NCBI GenBank assembly: GCA_023390815.1
Contig: JAEWCC010000007.1
Span: 25,315 to 89,314, forward strand
Origin: Bacillota bacterium
GTDB lineage: Bacteria; Bacillota; Clostridia; Christensenellales; SZUA-584
DNA length: 64,000 nt
Direction of reading: 5' to 3'
Shown: in pieces, positions 33,436 to 42,842 of the stretch
Numbering within the stretch: position 1 is the first letter of the stretch
How the letters are laid out: each line of letters starts with the position of its first letter
The notes under the pieces: generated by a model
The model's input: only the letters and a program-made list of their open reading frames with translations
Told to the model about the DNA's origin: nothing
The model's database searches: none
Program-made: the position numbers and the translations under genes

Positions 33436-33852
33436 ATTCCCACTCGCAAATTCAAAACTTAATCCAAACAATTCTGTTTAGACTCCGTGATAAGTTTTTA
33501 CTCAATTTGATACCAGTTATTCACCTTCTACGGCGTTTGCTGATCAATTGTTATCAAAATGCTATCAAGGTTGTGTTATCAATCCACATTGCAACACTTG
33601 CATATGTGAATAAATTAAATCACTTTTTAACTCCTGTTATATATACTATCACGACGATTTCCTAATTTCAATCCGAAAAACTGTAGTATTATAAACAATT
33701 TAGACCTTAACAAATATGAGATATTTTATATACTGCATTTACTACACCTTGAAGTATTCCAAATTAGCGAATCTTTCTAATCTAAGTTAGGTCATAAATA
33801 TCCCTAAACCAAGCCTTTTTGCCCTCCTCCATACATATTTAAACTATAGGCA
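33436..33852. repeat. Repeat R2 long form, copy B
   Basis: See 20734..21168. Preceded by a strong hairpin GACGCCGCA/TGCGGTGTC (33397-33418) plus TTTTGT. Confidence 0.8.
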
Positions 33853-34002
33853 TATCTTGTGGGAACCAAAGTCGCATTAATGAATTATCAATACTCTTTG
33901 TTACTTTTAGTAAATATTTATGTTTTCTCACACGACGTGCGTCGAGGTTAGTCATCTGCTGAATATGTTTCCACACCAAGGGGACGTCGTACGTGTGGTT
34001 AT

Positions 34003-34035
34003 TATAAACCTAAAACCTCCGCTCTATATCTAGAA
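34003..34035 (-). terminator. Terminator hairpin after the 1435-aa surface-protein gene
   Basis: AAACCTCCG (34003-34011) pairs with CGGAGGTTT (34027-34035), 43 nt downstream of the stop on the minus strand, followed by TAGGTTTATAAT. Confidence 0.5.
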
Positions 34036-34077
34036 ACGGAGGTTTCGTGATTCACGAATCTTTGTGGTATCTTCCTT

Positions 34078-37000
34078 CTATGGTGTCGCGCTCGCCACAG
34101 CCGTAAAGCCGCTGTAGTACTTCACGCCCTTCACCGTTACGTATGCGCGTACCATGTAGTAGTATGTCGTACCGGTTGTAAGCCGGGAATCGGTAAAGCT
34201 CCGCGAAGTGGTGGATTTCAACAGCGCGAATCCGCTATCAGAAGAAGTGGATCTCCATATCTCGTAGCCGCTCTTGCCCGTTACCGCCCCCCACGACAGC
34301 CTGATCTTAGTCGCGTTGCTGCGTACTGCCGTTACACCTGCCACATCACCTAAAACCGGTCTGGCGCTGGCAACCGGAGAAAACGAGCTGTAGACTCTCA
34401 CCCTGGCTACTGTGCGGTATGCCCGCACCATATAGTAATATGTGGTGAACGGCGGCAGTTTGGCGTCTTTGTATGACGTACCCGTTACCGATTTAATGAG
34501 AACAAACCCGTTATCCGGCGACGTTGACTGCCATACCTCATACCCGCTCTTACCCCCTACAGCAATCCACGATATTTTAATACCCGTTGGGCTGTAGACT
34601 GACGCGGACGCGCTCGTGACCGAAGAGATCATAGGCAAAACGGATGCAGCGGCACTATAGTTGCCATATACCTTCGTTCTGCCGACCTTCATATACGCAC
34701 GCACCATATAGTAGTATGTCGTGCCGGTATTCAGGCTTTTATTCGTATAGCTCGTTGCCGTCGTACTCTTGATCAGGCGGTAGCCGCCAGACGGCGATGT
34801 GGATCGATATAGCTCATATCCGCTTGCGCCAGGTACTGTGCTCCACCACACCTTCGCGCTGCTGTAGCTCGTCATAGAGGCATACGTTGAGGGCGCGGCG
34901 GGAACAGGCACTGCCACCGCAGCACCCGACTGCCCGCCGTATGTCGTAGCCGTAGAGGCTGTACAGTATGCGTTGACCTTGTAATAGTATGTAGTGTTGG
35001 GCGTAAGTCCGCCATCACCATAGGAAGTGCCCGAAACCGTACGCAGGTTTGTATATGTGCCACCTGCGGCCGTACTGCGCCAGACTTGATATCCCGCCGC
35101 GCCGTCTACAGCCGTCCAACTGAGCTGGACGCTGGTATACCCCGCCGAGGCTGCCGAGAGCGTGGGCACTCCGATGAGCGCGAATTCTGCGGTGATGTTC
35201 CGATCCGCATTTGCCGTGAACGAGTACCTGGCATCTGTAGATAACTGCCCCGAGCTATCTGACCAACGCCCGAAGCGGTAACCTGCGTTGGGTGTGGCGG
35301 TGAGCGTAACCGACGCGCCATTGGTATATGTACCACCGCCTGTAGTCGAACCATAGCCCGCGATGTTGGCAGTAACGGCGATATCATAGGTTGCAGGCTG
35401 CACCGTTACTTCGCAGGTATCAGATACTCCGTCAGCCGTTGCGGTGATCGTCGCACTGCCGGGAGCAACCGCAGTGACTCTTCCTGTCTGATCGACTACT
35501 GCCACAGACGTTTTGTCGCTTGACCAGGTAACCTCAGGATTTGTTGCGTCCTCCGGAAGCACTGCCGCGGTAAGAGACAACTTATCGCCAACTGTAATCG
35601 TTGCAGCATGGCTGATTAGGATAATACTTTCAACAGGTTTAATGGTAAGGTTGGTGTATACCGCGCTTACAGTGAGCGGCTCAGTCACACTCGTAAAGGT
35701 CTTGTCCCACCCGTCGAAGCTGTACCCATCTGGCGGTGTTACTGCGGGCTCCTCCGCATCTTCACCACTCTTTACGCTCTGAACAAGGGCGCCGCCGCCC
35801 GTCCGTACACCGCCTCCGATATCAAAGCTGACATAATACTCGTCAGTCGTGTTAACACAATGATACAGATAATCAAACCCTACCTGTCCTGTCCTTCTTG
35901 CCGCCGCTGTAAATGATCCCGTCGATGACGATGAAAATGATTCGCCATACCAATGCCAATCCATTGAATTCTCACCAAATATGGCTTCAGTTGATGCCCT
36001 GAACTCACTTAATATCGTTTCAGCCGTTTCGGGACTTCCAATGGGGTAAGCGGATGCCAAGTCAGACATATCCAGAATTTCGCATATAAATCCCGTGATA
36101 GTATTGTCGTGTATATCAGGCTGTCCGCAGGAGTTGTTATCAAGAACTGTGCCTTCTTCTATCCTAGGCCATGGTTCTAATATATCTGCTGCGATTATAC
36201 CCGGTACCGGGCGGCTAGTATTCGCCCCTTCAATTCTTGCAATGGTATTATCAGAAACGCTCACAGAGTCTAATAGATTCCCTTCAATTGATCCCTCAAC
36301 TGGCGCGTTTACATATGTACCGGCAAGAAGTATGCCGCCCGACGCTGTAATTCTGTTTCCGCTTATCGTTATATCCTTTACCGAACAGTTTGTGCTGCCG
36401 TTATAAGATTCACCTCCGTAAGCATCAATAATATTCCCCGCCGCGATGATACCGTATTCGCCGTCTGCTTTACAGGCGACCGTGTTGCCACAGACTGTAA
36501 CGCTTTCAATCAAGTGCGCGTTTACGCCGTTGCCAAACGAACCCGCAACAACAATCCCGTTCCGGTAACCAGATATCGTATTGTTATCAACCGAAATATC
36601 TGACATGGTATTATTATGGTATAAAGGTATGTGGGTGTTCATAACGTTACTGTGGTTGCATACCTCGAGACCATTGATTTCCCATCCGAGTTCCACTCCG
36701 GTAAGCTCATTCCCCGAGAATACAATGTTACGCATCGTGTTATCCGATACGTCATTATTGATCGTGCCGCATTCACCGCCTATGTTTGTGAAGAACACGC
36801 CATGATCACTTTCTATTTTGTTATTTTTGATCTGTATATTCTCTATCAGATTGCCTGTTCCGTCCATATAGCTGTCACGCACGCATCCCCCCTGAACGTT
36901 GTAGACCCCGAATTTACTCTTGTCGCCTATTTCGAAATCGTTGTTTTCCACATAGACGTTGCGCATGACATTGTCGGCGGTGTTGTGCAGCAGTTTATCG

Positions 37001-38385
37001 GATGTATAGTTATCATCCCTGCCGATGCTTGCGTTCTCAAACGAGACACCGCTTTCAAGGCCGTCGGCAACCACCGCGGTATTATTGCGCACATACATGT
37101 TTTCGATCAGGTTGTTTGAATTTCCCTGGTTCGCGGTTGTCGCGCCGACGATACCCGCGTTCTCCGTATGGTCGAAATAGTTCCCCGTAATATAAATATT
37201 CTTAAGCTGGTTGTGCTCGCAGAATCCGATCTGTCCCGCGACTCCCCCGTTCCCGTTTGAGTCGCTTGATCCATACACATACCATGTATGAGCGTCCGCA
37301 GCAAGCATACCGATACTTCCGTTAAAAAAACTGTTTGCACAAATGTAATAGCCGTCCATTATGTTATAGTCCTCATCTCCCGCGCCTGCGAACGAGAAGA
37401 GCGAGGTTTTTACAAATGTATTCCCCGAAAAAACAAGGTCCGTAAAATTCGTTGTACCGGCTCCGCCGTAGCTTGTCCCGCCGTATCCGTATGCTCCGCA
37501 AGTAGCTACGCCTGTTCCCTGACTGTGATCGAGCGTACATCCCAGTATCCGAACGTTGTTAACATCATATTTCAATATATTTTTGTCGGGAACGCGGAAT
37601 ATCAAAGTACTATAAGAAAGTGCTTCGTCGCCTTTGAAAATAACCCCTGCCAACGTAACATCAGAAGCATATATATTTAAAACGCTGCCTTTCGGTGAAC
37701 TCGGCGAGCCGTTTGTATAGGGTTCAAGGGTTATATCCGCGGTGCCGTCACGGTCAATATCGCCGTTGATGGTCATGTTGCCGCGCTTCTCAATATACAG
37801 GTTCTGAAGCATCCAATCTTCCACAGGGAATTTCTGATCACCCGGCCTAAAGAGGCTTATCGTGCCGCCTTTAAGGCTCGCATCAAATTCGATTCTGTAA
37901 TGTCCGCTTGCAGCCGGTTCGTTTTTGACTGCCTGTATTGCCTCTCTTAAGGATATAGCCGTCCCGGCATCCGCTTTTAGCTGCGCAACGGTTATTGAGT
38001 TCATACCACTGACATCGCTCCACCTTACTTTATCCTGAAGCGTTGTTACCGTTATCGTATGACCTGTATCGGTCTCAATAAGCGCAGGCAGTTGTACAAT
38101 GTTGCTTAGAGCCGTTGCCTCACCCGTAGTTATCTCTACATTTTCATTCGTATAGTCCTGGTATCCTTGTATTTTTAGCTCTACCTTATGTATACCTGCT
38201 GCTAATTCTATTTCACATGGAGTGACGTATTCTGAGAATTCACCATCGATATATACATCTGCTCCAGCAGGAGAAGAGGATATCAGTAAAGTACCCGCAC
38301 CCTGTTCAGATGCATAGGCGAAACTGGGCATCAGCAAAGAAATAATTAATAATATTAGTACTCCCGAGATAATTTTTCTCATCAT
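34078..38385 (-). CDS. Secreted/surface protein: PEGA domain, right-handed beta-helix, Listeria-Bacteroides-type repeats, Big_2, six FN3 modules
   Basis: Signal peptide MMRKIISGVLILLIISLLMPSFAYA. PEGA (LLISSSPAGADVYIDGEF...). Long NxxxxN-rich beta-helix region. Big_2 (ITVGDKLSLTAAVLPEDATNPEVTWSSDKTSVAVVD). FN3 modules with GYE(V/I)W/YRS and YYYMVRAY. Confidence 0.75.
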   Translation of the reverse strand: MMRKIISGVLILLIISLLMPSFAYASEQGAGTLLISSSPAGADVYIDGEFSEYVTPCEIELAAGIHKVELKIQGYQDYTNENVEITTGEATALSNIVQLPALIETDTGHTITVTTLQDKVRWSDVSGMNSITVAQLKADAGTAISLREAIQAVKNEPAASGHYRIEFDASLKGGTISLFRPGDQKFPVEDWMLQNLYIEKRGNMTINGDIDRDGTADITLEPYTNGSPSSPKGSVLNIYASDVTLAGVIFKGDEALSYSTLIFRVPDKNILKYDVNNVRILGCTLDHSQGTGVATCGAYGYGGTSYGGAGTTNFTDLVFSGNTFVKTSLFSFAGAGDEDYNIMDGYYICANSFFNGSIGMLAADAHTWYVYGSSDSNGNGGVAGQIGFCEHNQLKNIYITGNYFDHTENAGIVGATTANQGNSNNLIENMYVRNNTAVVADGLESGVSFENASIGRDDNYTSDKLLHNTADNVMRNVYVENNDFEIGDKSKFGVYNVQGGCVRDSYMDGTGNLIENIQIKNNKIESDHGVFFTNIGGECGTINNDVSDNTMRNIVFSGNELTGVELGWEINGLEVCNHSNVMNTHIPLYHNNTMSDISVDNNTISGYRNGIVVAGSFGNGVNAHLIESVTVCGNTVACKADGEYGIIAAGNIIDAYGGESYNGSTNCSVKDITISGNRITASGGILLAGTYVNAPVEGSIEGNLLDSVSVSDNTIARIEGANTSRPVPGIIAADILEPWPRIEEGTVLDNNSCGQPDIHDNTITGFICEILDMSDLASAYPIGSPETAETILSEFRASTEAIFGENSMDWHWYGESFSSSSTGSFTAAARRTGQVGFDYLYHCVNTTDEYYVSFDIGGGVRTGGGALVQSVKSGEDAEEPAVTPPDGYSFDGWDKTFTSVTEPLTVSAVYTNLTIKPVESIILISHAATITVGDKLSLTAAVLPEDATNPEVTWSSDKTSVAVVDQTGRVTAVAPGSATITATADGVSDTCEVTVQPATYDIAVTANIAGYGSTTGGGTYTNGASVTLTATPNAGYRFGRWSDSSGQLSTDARYSFTANADRNITAEFALIGVPTLSAASAGYTSVQLSWTAVDGAAGYQVWRSTAAGGTYTNLRTVSGTSYGDGGLTPNTTYYYKVNAYCTASTATTYGGQSGAAVAVPVPAAPSTYASMTSYSSAKVWWSTVPGASGYELYRSTSPSGGYRLIKSTTATSYTNKSLNTGTTYYYMVRAYMKVGRTKVYGNYSAAASVLPMISSVTSASASVYSPTGIKISWIAVGGKSGYEVWQSTSPDNGFVLIKSVTGTSYKDAKLPPFTTYYYMVRAYRTVARVRVYSSFSPVASARPVLGDVAGVTAVRSNATKIRLSWGAVTGKSGYEIWRSTSSDSGFALLKSTTSRSFTDSRLTTGTTYYYMVRAYVTVKGVKYYSGFTAVASATP

Positions 38386-38535
38386 TACTGCCTCCTGATA
38401 AAATTCAACCTTACTTTCAGGGATATTCTTCCGTAATCATAACAAATCGTGAAGACATATGGTGTGCACACTGCACACAAAAACATATCCAATTATAATT
38501 TGTTTACTTTCTTATGTTTCCGGCTCACCGAACTC

Positions 38536-39780
38536 TCAATCCGGAAAATCGAAATGTGCATAGTTATCCTCGTGTTTATTGTTATATATTTGATCGTGAT
38601 GATGAGATGATTGCTTTTCTTTAAAAGCTCTAATTATTCTACTGTGGGGACCGGAGCGCCGGTAAATCTCTTTGATACAGTTCTGATACTCAAAAAGATT
38701 ATCACTATCCAAAATGTATTCTATCAACTTTTCATCCGCGCATGACGCGTCTGAGTCCGTTACTTTCATCAGCTGCTTGAGAGCTTTCATCCTTATTATC
38801 GCATCGTCGCATCTTCGCACAATGCATTCCAGCGCGGATCTATCGCCGATATTTTCTACTGCGTACTGCCTGACCCAAAAGGAAAAGTGCTCTCGAAGTA
38901 CCGCGGAAGCTTGTGCGGCTCCGTCCTTCATCCGTAATATAGCCGCTGCGCGTACACGCTCGCTCTCATCTATCGAGAAAATCTTTTCCAGTGCAGTCTG
39001 ATCGTTCAGCCTTGCTACGGCTGACTCACGATTACGCACGGATTTATCTGACGTGGCAGCCTTCAGCAACACATCATCAGCTATCAGCTTTTCAATTGCA
39101 GTCCGCCTGACAGCTTCATTTGCATCCCGTAACGCGATATGCGCCAGCGTTAATTGATCCTTCAGCTGCTCTGTTGCTGTTTTACGGACGTTGTTGTCTC
39201 TATCATTTAAGGCAATATCACCCAAGAACGGCTGGTCATCCAACCTTTCAACGGCTGCCATTCGTACGCCAGCATCCCTGTCTTTAGCGGCCCTGGCCAG
39301 TTCGGTCTGGTTCGTCAATCGCCTAACAGCTCTGCTATGGACAGTCGCGCTCGTGTCGTATATGGCTATATTCTCCAATGCAGTTTGTACGGTCACTCTT
39401 TCCACCGCCTCGCTGCGGACAGACGCGTCATCACTAAATCGGGCAATGCATTCCAGCGCACTCTGCTCCGATATCTGCTTAACAGCACTCACGCGCAGAG
39501 TAAATATTACATTCTCAGCCATCGCAATGTTGGTGAGGAGTTTATCGTCATTAATTTTATGAAGGGCAGCCATTCTGGTTTCTATCCGAAATTTGTTTTC
39601 GCGAACCAACCAATACAAGCGCCTTTCATCTCGTATACCGGCTATTGCGACGTCCACCGCATGGCAATGGGGACAGTTCAGGGCAACTTCATATAATATT
39701 TTTTCGTCTTTGATCCCCTGGATAGCCGTAAGAGCCTTTGTTTCATCTGCGTTCATCCATTTTGGTTTAAACAGCCCCAT
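38536..39780 (-). CDS. MGLF / HEAT-like repeat / HxD-tail family protein (member 1)
   Basis: MGLFKPKWMNADETKALTAIQGIKDEKILYEVAL. About 8 VRxxAxxRLxDQxxLxxIA repeats of ~26 aa. Tail SSHHHDQIYNNKHEDNYAHFDFPD. RBS AAGGAGAGGG. Confidence 0.8.
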   Translation of the reverse strand: MGLFKPKWMNADETKALTAIQGIKDEKILYEVALNCPHCHAVDVAIAGIRDERRLYWLVRENKFRIETRMAALHKINDDKLLTNIAMAENVIFTLRVSAVKQISEQSALECIARFSDDASVRSEAVERVTVQTALENIAIYDTSATVHSRAVRRLTNQTELARAAKDRDAGVRMAAVERLDDQPFLGDIALNDRDNNVRKTATEQLKDQLTLAHIALRDANEAVRRTAIEKLIADDVLLKAATSDKSVRNRESAVARLNDQTALEKIFSIDESERVRAAAILRMKDGAAQASAVLREHFSFWVRQYAVENIGDRSALECIVRRCDDAIIRMKALKQLMKVTDSDASCADEKLIEYILDSDNLFEYQNCIKEIYRRSGPHSRIIRAFKEKQSSHHHDQIYNNKHEDNYAHFDFPD

Positions 39781-39855
39781 ATCCCTCTCCTTATCCGTCT
39801 TGATACCTCAATACTGTGCTTAAAAGCTCCCCTACGGATGACCTGAATTCAGATT

Positions 39856-40872
39856 TTATTGAGCTGCTATAAATTCAATCGCCTTTTTTACCAAAGATTC
39901 AATATCGCCGGCATCAATGCCCTCATCGATATAAACACTGTTATCACGATCTTCGGAAGATACAATACTGTCGGGCGGATCGCTGCCATATGCCGTACCC
40001 ACGCTCTTTATCAACGTCATGTCTTCTGCGGTGTAGACGCCAACGCTGGCTGACTGCCTGTATGCGGTTATATTTTCGCCGCCATCCATTGGATAAATAC
40101 CTTTGAATATGAGTTTAAAATCGATTACTATCAGATATTCTATCTCGTTTGGAGAAGACGCAAGACGATCTTCGAGCAGATGGGAATAGCGCAGTGATAT
40201 CCCGTTTCTTCTGGCGTCGTTATCTAATGCCAGTAAGTCCTCATCAGTGTATCTGATATATACTGCCGCTTTACCGTCCGGAAATTTCCCGCATTCCGAA
40301 AGCCATGTACCATCGGCATCCGATATACAGTCGAACGGGTCATATTTTACGGTTTCCGAATCCGGTACATCTTTCATATAATCGGAAAGGAACATTCTGT
40401 AGTACTCCCATGCGTTTATTGCGGGAATCTCGTTGTGTTGCGCCAATACATAATAAAGATGCCTGCAAAGGTCCTGTTTTGTAATACTGCTGTCCTTATT
40501 GGAAAAGTATCGTTCGGCTTTTACACGAAAAGTTTCAGGGTCGTTTTGATACAAAAGAGCGCTTATCAGATCCCACGATTGAGCGCTGTCCTTAATAATC
40601 CCCGCCCTGCCAAAATCGTTCATAGCGCTTTCCAGCGAATAATCCAGCGGCGTTGTGCGTTTAATCTCGTAAAGAGCGGAGTCGTAACACTGATATGCGT
40701 TTCCAATATCGTTGCATAAGAACGCCGCAGCAGCAGACACCGCGACCAACAAAAACGCAAGTATGATGCTTTTCCTGCCCTTTTTCTTAATTGCTCTCAC
40801 AATCCCAAGTACAAGGAAAAACAGGCACGAAGCAAGCGCTGCAAATCCGATGACATTATAAAAGTCTTTCAT
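39856..40872 (-). CDS. Membrane protein of unknown function (two N-terminal TM helices)
   Basis: VIGFAALASCLFFLVLGIV and IILAFLLVAVSAAAAFL, followed by a ~270-aa soluble domain. RBS GGGGGA. Confidence 0.6.
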   Translation of the reverse strand: MKDFYNVIGFAALASCLFFLVLGIVRAIKKKGRKSIILAFLLVAVSAAAAFLCNDIGNAYQCYDSALYEIKRTTPLDYSLESAMNDFGRAGIIKDSAQSWDLISALLYQNDPETFRVKAERYFSNKDSSITKQDLCRHLYYVLAQHNEIPAINAWEYYRMFLSDYMKDVPDSETVKYDPFDCISDADGTWLSECGKFPDGKAAVYIRYTDEDLLALDNDARRNGISLRYSHLLEDRLASSPNEIEYLIVIDFKLIFKGIYPMDGGENITAYRQSASVGVYTAEDMTLIKSVGTAYGSDPPDSIVSSEDRDNSVYIDEGIDAGDIESLVKKAIEFIAAQ

Positions 40873-40926
40873 ATACGTCCCCCTGCATACTTAATCTTTG
40901 GTTCGGCGCTCCTCGCTTGGCTCCGG

Positions 40927-41494
40927 TCACACGTAATCTTTCGGCCCGAAGTCCGTCTCGATTACCTTCCGGTATCCGAATAATACCGCACTTTCCTTCC
41001 ACAGCTTGCCTGCCCCTCAGCTTCCGAAATATATCGTATAGAGCGTTTTGCCATCCGCCTCAAACCAGGCTTTGGATTTTGATTTATCCTGAACTTCCTG
41101 ACCCGCTATATACCATTTGTAATCCGGCGTTTCTTCAAAATCGACCCTAGCTATAAAATGGTAGGCAACATTGGCTTTCACATCGGTTACCTCCTCGTCA
41201 TCCTTGTTTGTCAGCAGCAACTTATATGATTCTCCATATACCTGGTAACGGGAGTCCGCAGTAAAGTTCATGCCAAGCGACACGTTTTAAAAATCCTTTT
41301 TGAAGACAACGGTTCCTTTAAAAACGCGTTTTTGTGTATCCATATTCGTCAAATGTAAACGTCAGATTGTTGTTCTCATTCGAATGAGCTGCCTTCATTA
41401 ATAAGGAGTAAAGGCCGACTGCCAGTCCCACTAGGACGCAAAGGATGAGCAGTCCCCAGAGCGTCGTACGGATTTTCTCTTTCTTTGTCCACAT
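40927..41494 (-). pseudogene. Decayed gene: TM-anchored protein with ETDFGPxDYV tail (1 frameshift, 2 in-frame stops)
   Basis: ATG at 41494 (RBS AGGAGA) gives MWTKKEKIRTTLWGLLILCVLVGLAVGLYSLL...TRF*. The next frame reads MDTQKRVFKGTVVFKKDF*NVSLGMNFTADSRYQ...TIYFGS*GAGKLWKESAVLFGYRKVIETDFGPKDYV*. 40927-40989 is a ~63-bp copy of the 3' end of 41642..41875. Confidence 0.5.
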
Positions 41495-41641
41495 ATTCGT
41501 TCTCCTGATTTACTGTTTTCCCAACCGTCTCTACTGGCTGTTGGTCGTCACCTCAGCGGCATCAAACAGGCGGCACAGGTAAGGCATCCTCTTTTTTTGT
41601 CGCTTTCTGTCTGAGTCACAGTGCTCACCATCGCGTTCAAG

Positions 41642-41875
41642 TCACACGTAATCTTCCGGCCCAAAGTCTGTCTCGATTACCGTTCCGGTATCCGAATAAT
41701 ACCGCTCTTTCTTGCCGCAGCGCTCACACCATGTGGTCGCTACCCTGCCCGAAGCAGCGTAAGACCCGTCATCATCGTCCTTGAAATCGTGTACTGTCTT
41801 GCCGCAAATTCTACATTCGCAATTACCGTCCAGGTACTCTATGCAGTTGTGATTCTTTTCCTTATCCTTGCTCAT
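41642..41875 (-). CDS. Small zinc-ribbon protein with family-type tail
   Basis: CxxxxxxCxCxxC...CxxC (CIEYLDGNCECRICG...WCERCG). Tail YYSDTGTVIETDFGPEDYV resembles the AYHSDTGIGLKF tails of 42843 and 44125. RBS GAGGAGG. Confidence 0.65.
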   Translation of the reverse strand: MSKDKEKNHNCIEYLDGNCECRICGKTVHDFKDDDDGSYAASGRVATTWCERCGKKERYYSDTGTVIETDFGPEDYV

Positions 41876-41906
41876 CGGAATACCTCCTCATATCTTTTTT
41901 ATCGAT

Positions 41907-42824
41907 CTATAGCTCCGTGCCCAGCATCATATCGGCATGGGGAATCCACTCTCCGCATAAAGGCGCGTCTCGGTACACATCCATGTGGATCTGCGCCTTC
42001 GTCAGCTTTTTTCTGACCATAGAAGATTTACCGTTTATCTGATAAATTGCTTTAAGTAGTCCATACACCTCAGGTATCCCGCCCAAAGCGTTTCCTCTTT
42101 GCAAAAGTCCGAATTTCGTATATATGATCAGCTTGTCGACCAGGGCATCGTCCGCGTACCGCCCCCATTCGCGCACATTCAGCTTTAAAAGCCGCTTAAT
42201 TGCATCGCTGTCCCGTTTATGACAGACATATTTTACGAGCCATTCCGGGTCCAGAAGGTTCACCGCAAATTCGCGCGCGCAGCCTTTCGCTTGTGACGCA
42301 ATATGAAACAGCGTTTCCTGCGAGCGTATCCGCTTCATACCTTGTCTGCAGATTACCGGATCATCTGTAGATATGAACAATTCCCCAAGCTTGCCTTCCC
42401 GCTCCGCTCTGGTTATGGCGAGCTGCCTTCTGGCACACGCCCGCACATCGGCGGACATTGCACGGTCAGCCACATCCTGCAGCCACCCCTCATCGCCGAG
42501 CCTTCGCGCGGCGTTCAGGGAAATGGAGTCGTATGGATCCCGGTCGTAAATCATGACCCCTGCCTCGGCCACCGCAGCGATGTACTGCGCTTCGCGTATC
42601 CGCGCAGCGGCAGCCATGCGGCTTTTTGGACTAAGCTCTTCGCTGAGCACAAGCTGCAACAGCAGCTTATCTTTTTTAATCCGCGATATTGCGGCCTGCT
42701 CAACGAGCGGATGTACACATGTCAGCGCGGCCTGATATAACGTATCCTCGTCCGTCAACTGATCGACAGCCGTAAGCGCTTTCATCTCATCTTTACTCAT
42801 CCACCTTGGTTTAAACAGCCCCAT
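41907..42824 (-). CDS. MGLF / HEAT-like repeat / HxD-tail family protein (member 2)
   Basis: MGLFKPRWMSKDEMKALTAVDQLTDEDTLYQAAL. Tail IHMDVYRDAPLCGEWIPHADMMLGTEL. RBS GGAGGGAG. Confidence 0.8.
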   Translation of the reverse strand: MGLFKPRWMSKDEMKALTAVDQLTDEDTLYQAALTCVHPLVEQAAISRIKKDKLLLQLVLSEELSPKSRMAAAARIREAQYIAAVAEAGVMIYDRDPYDSISLNAARRLGDEGWLQDVADRAMSADVRACARRQLAITRAEREGKLGELFISTDDPVICRQGMKRIRSQETLFHIASQAKGCAREFAVNLLDPEWLVKYVCHKRDSDAIKRLLKLNVREWGRYADDALVDKLIIYTKFGLLQRGNALGGIPEVYGLLKAIYQINGKSSMVRKKLTKAQIHMDVYRDAPLCGEWIPHADMMLGTEL

Positions 42825-42842
42825 ACTCCCTCCTCGTATTAT

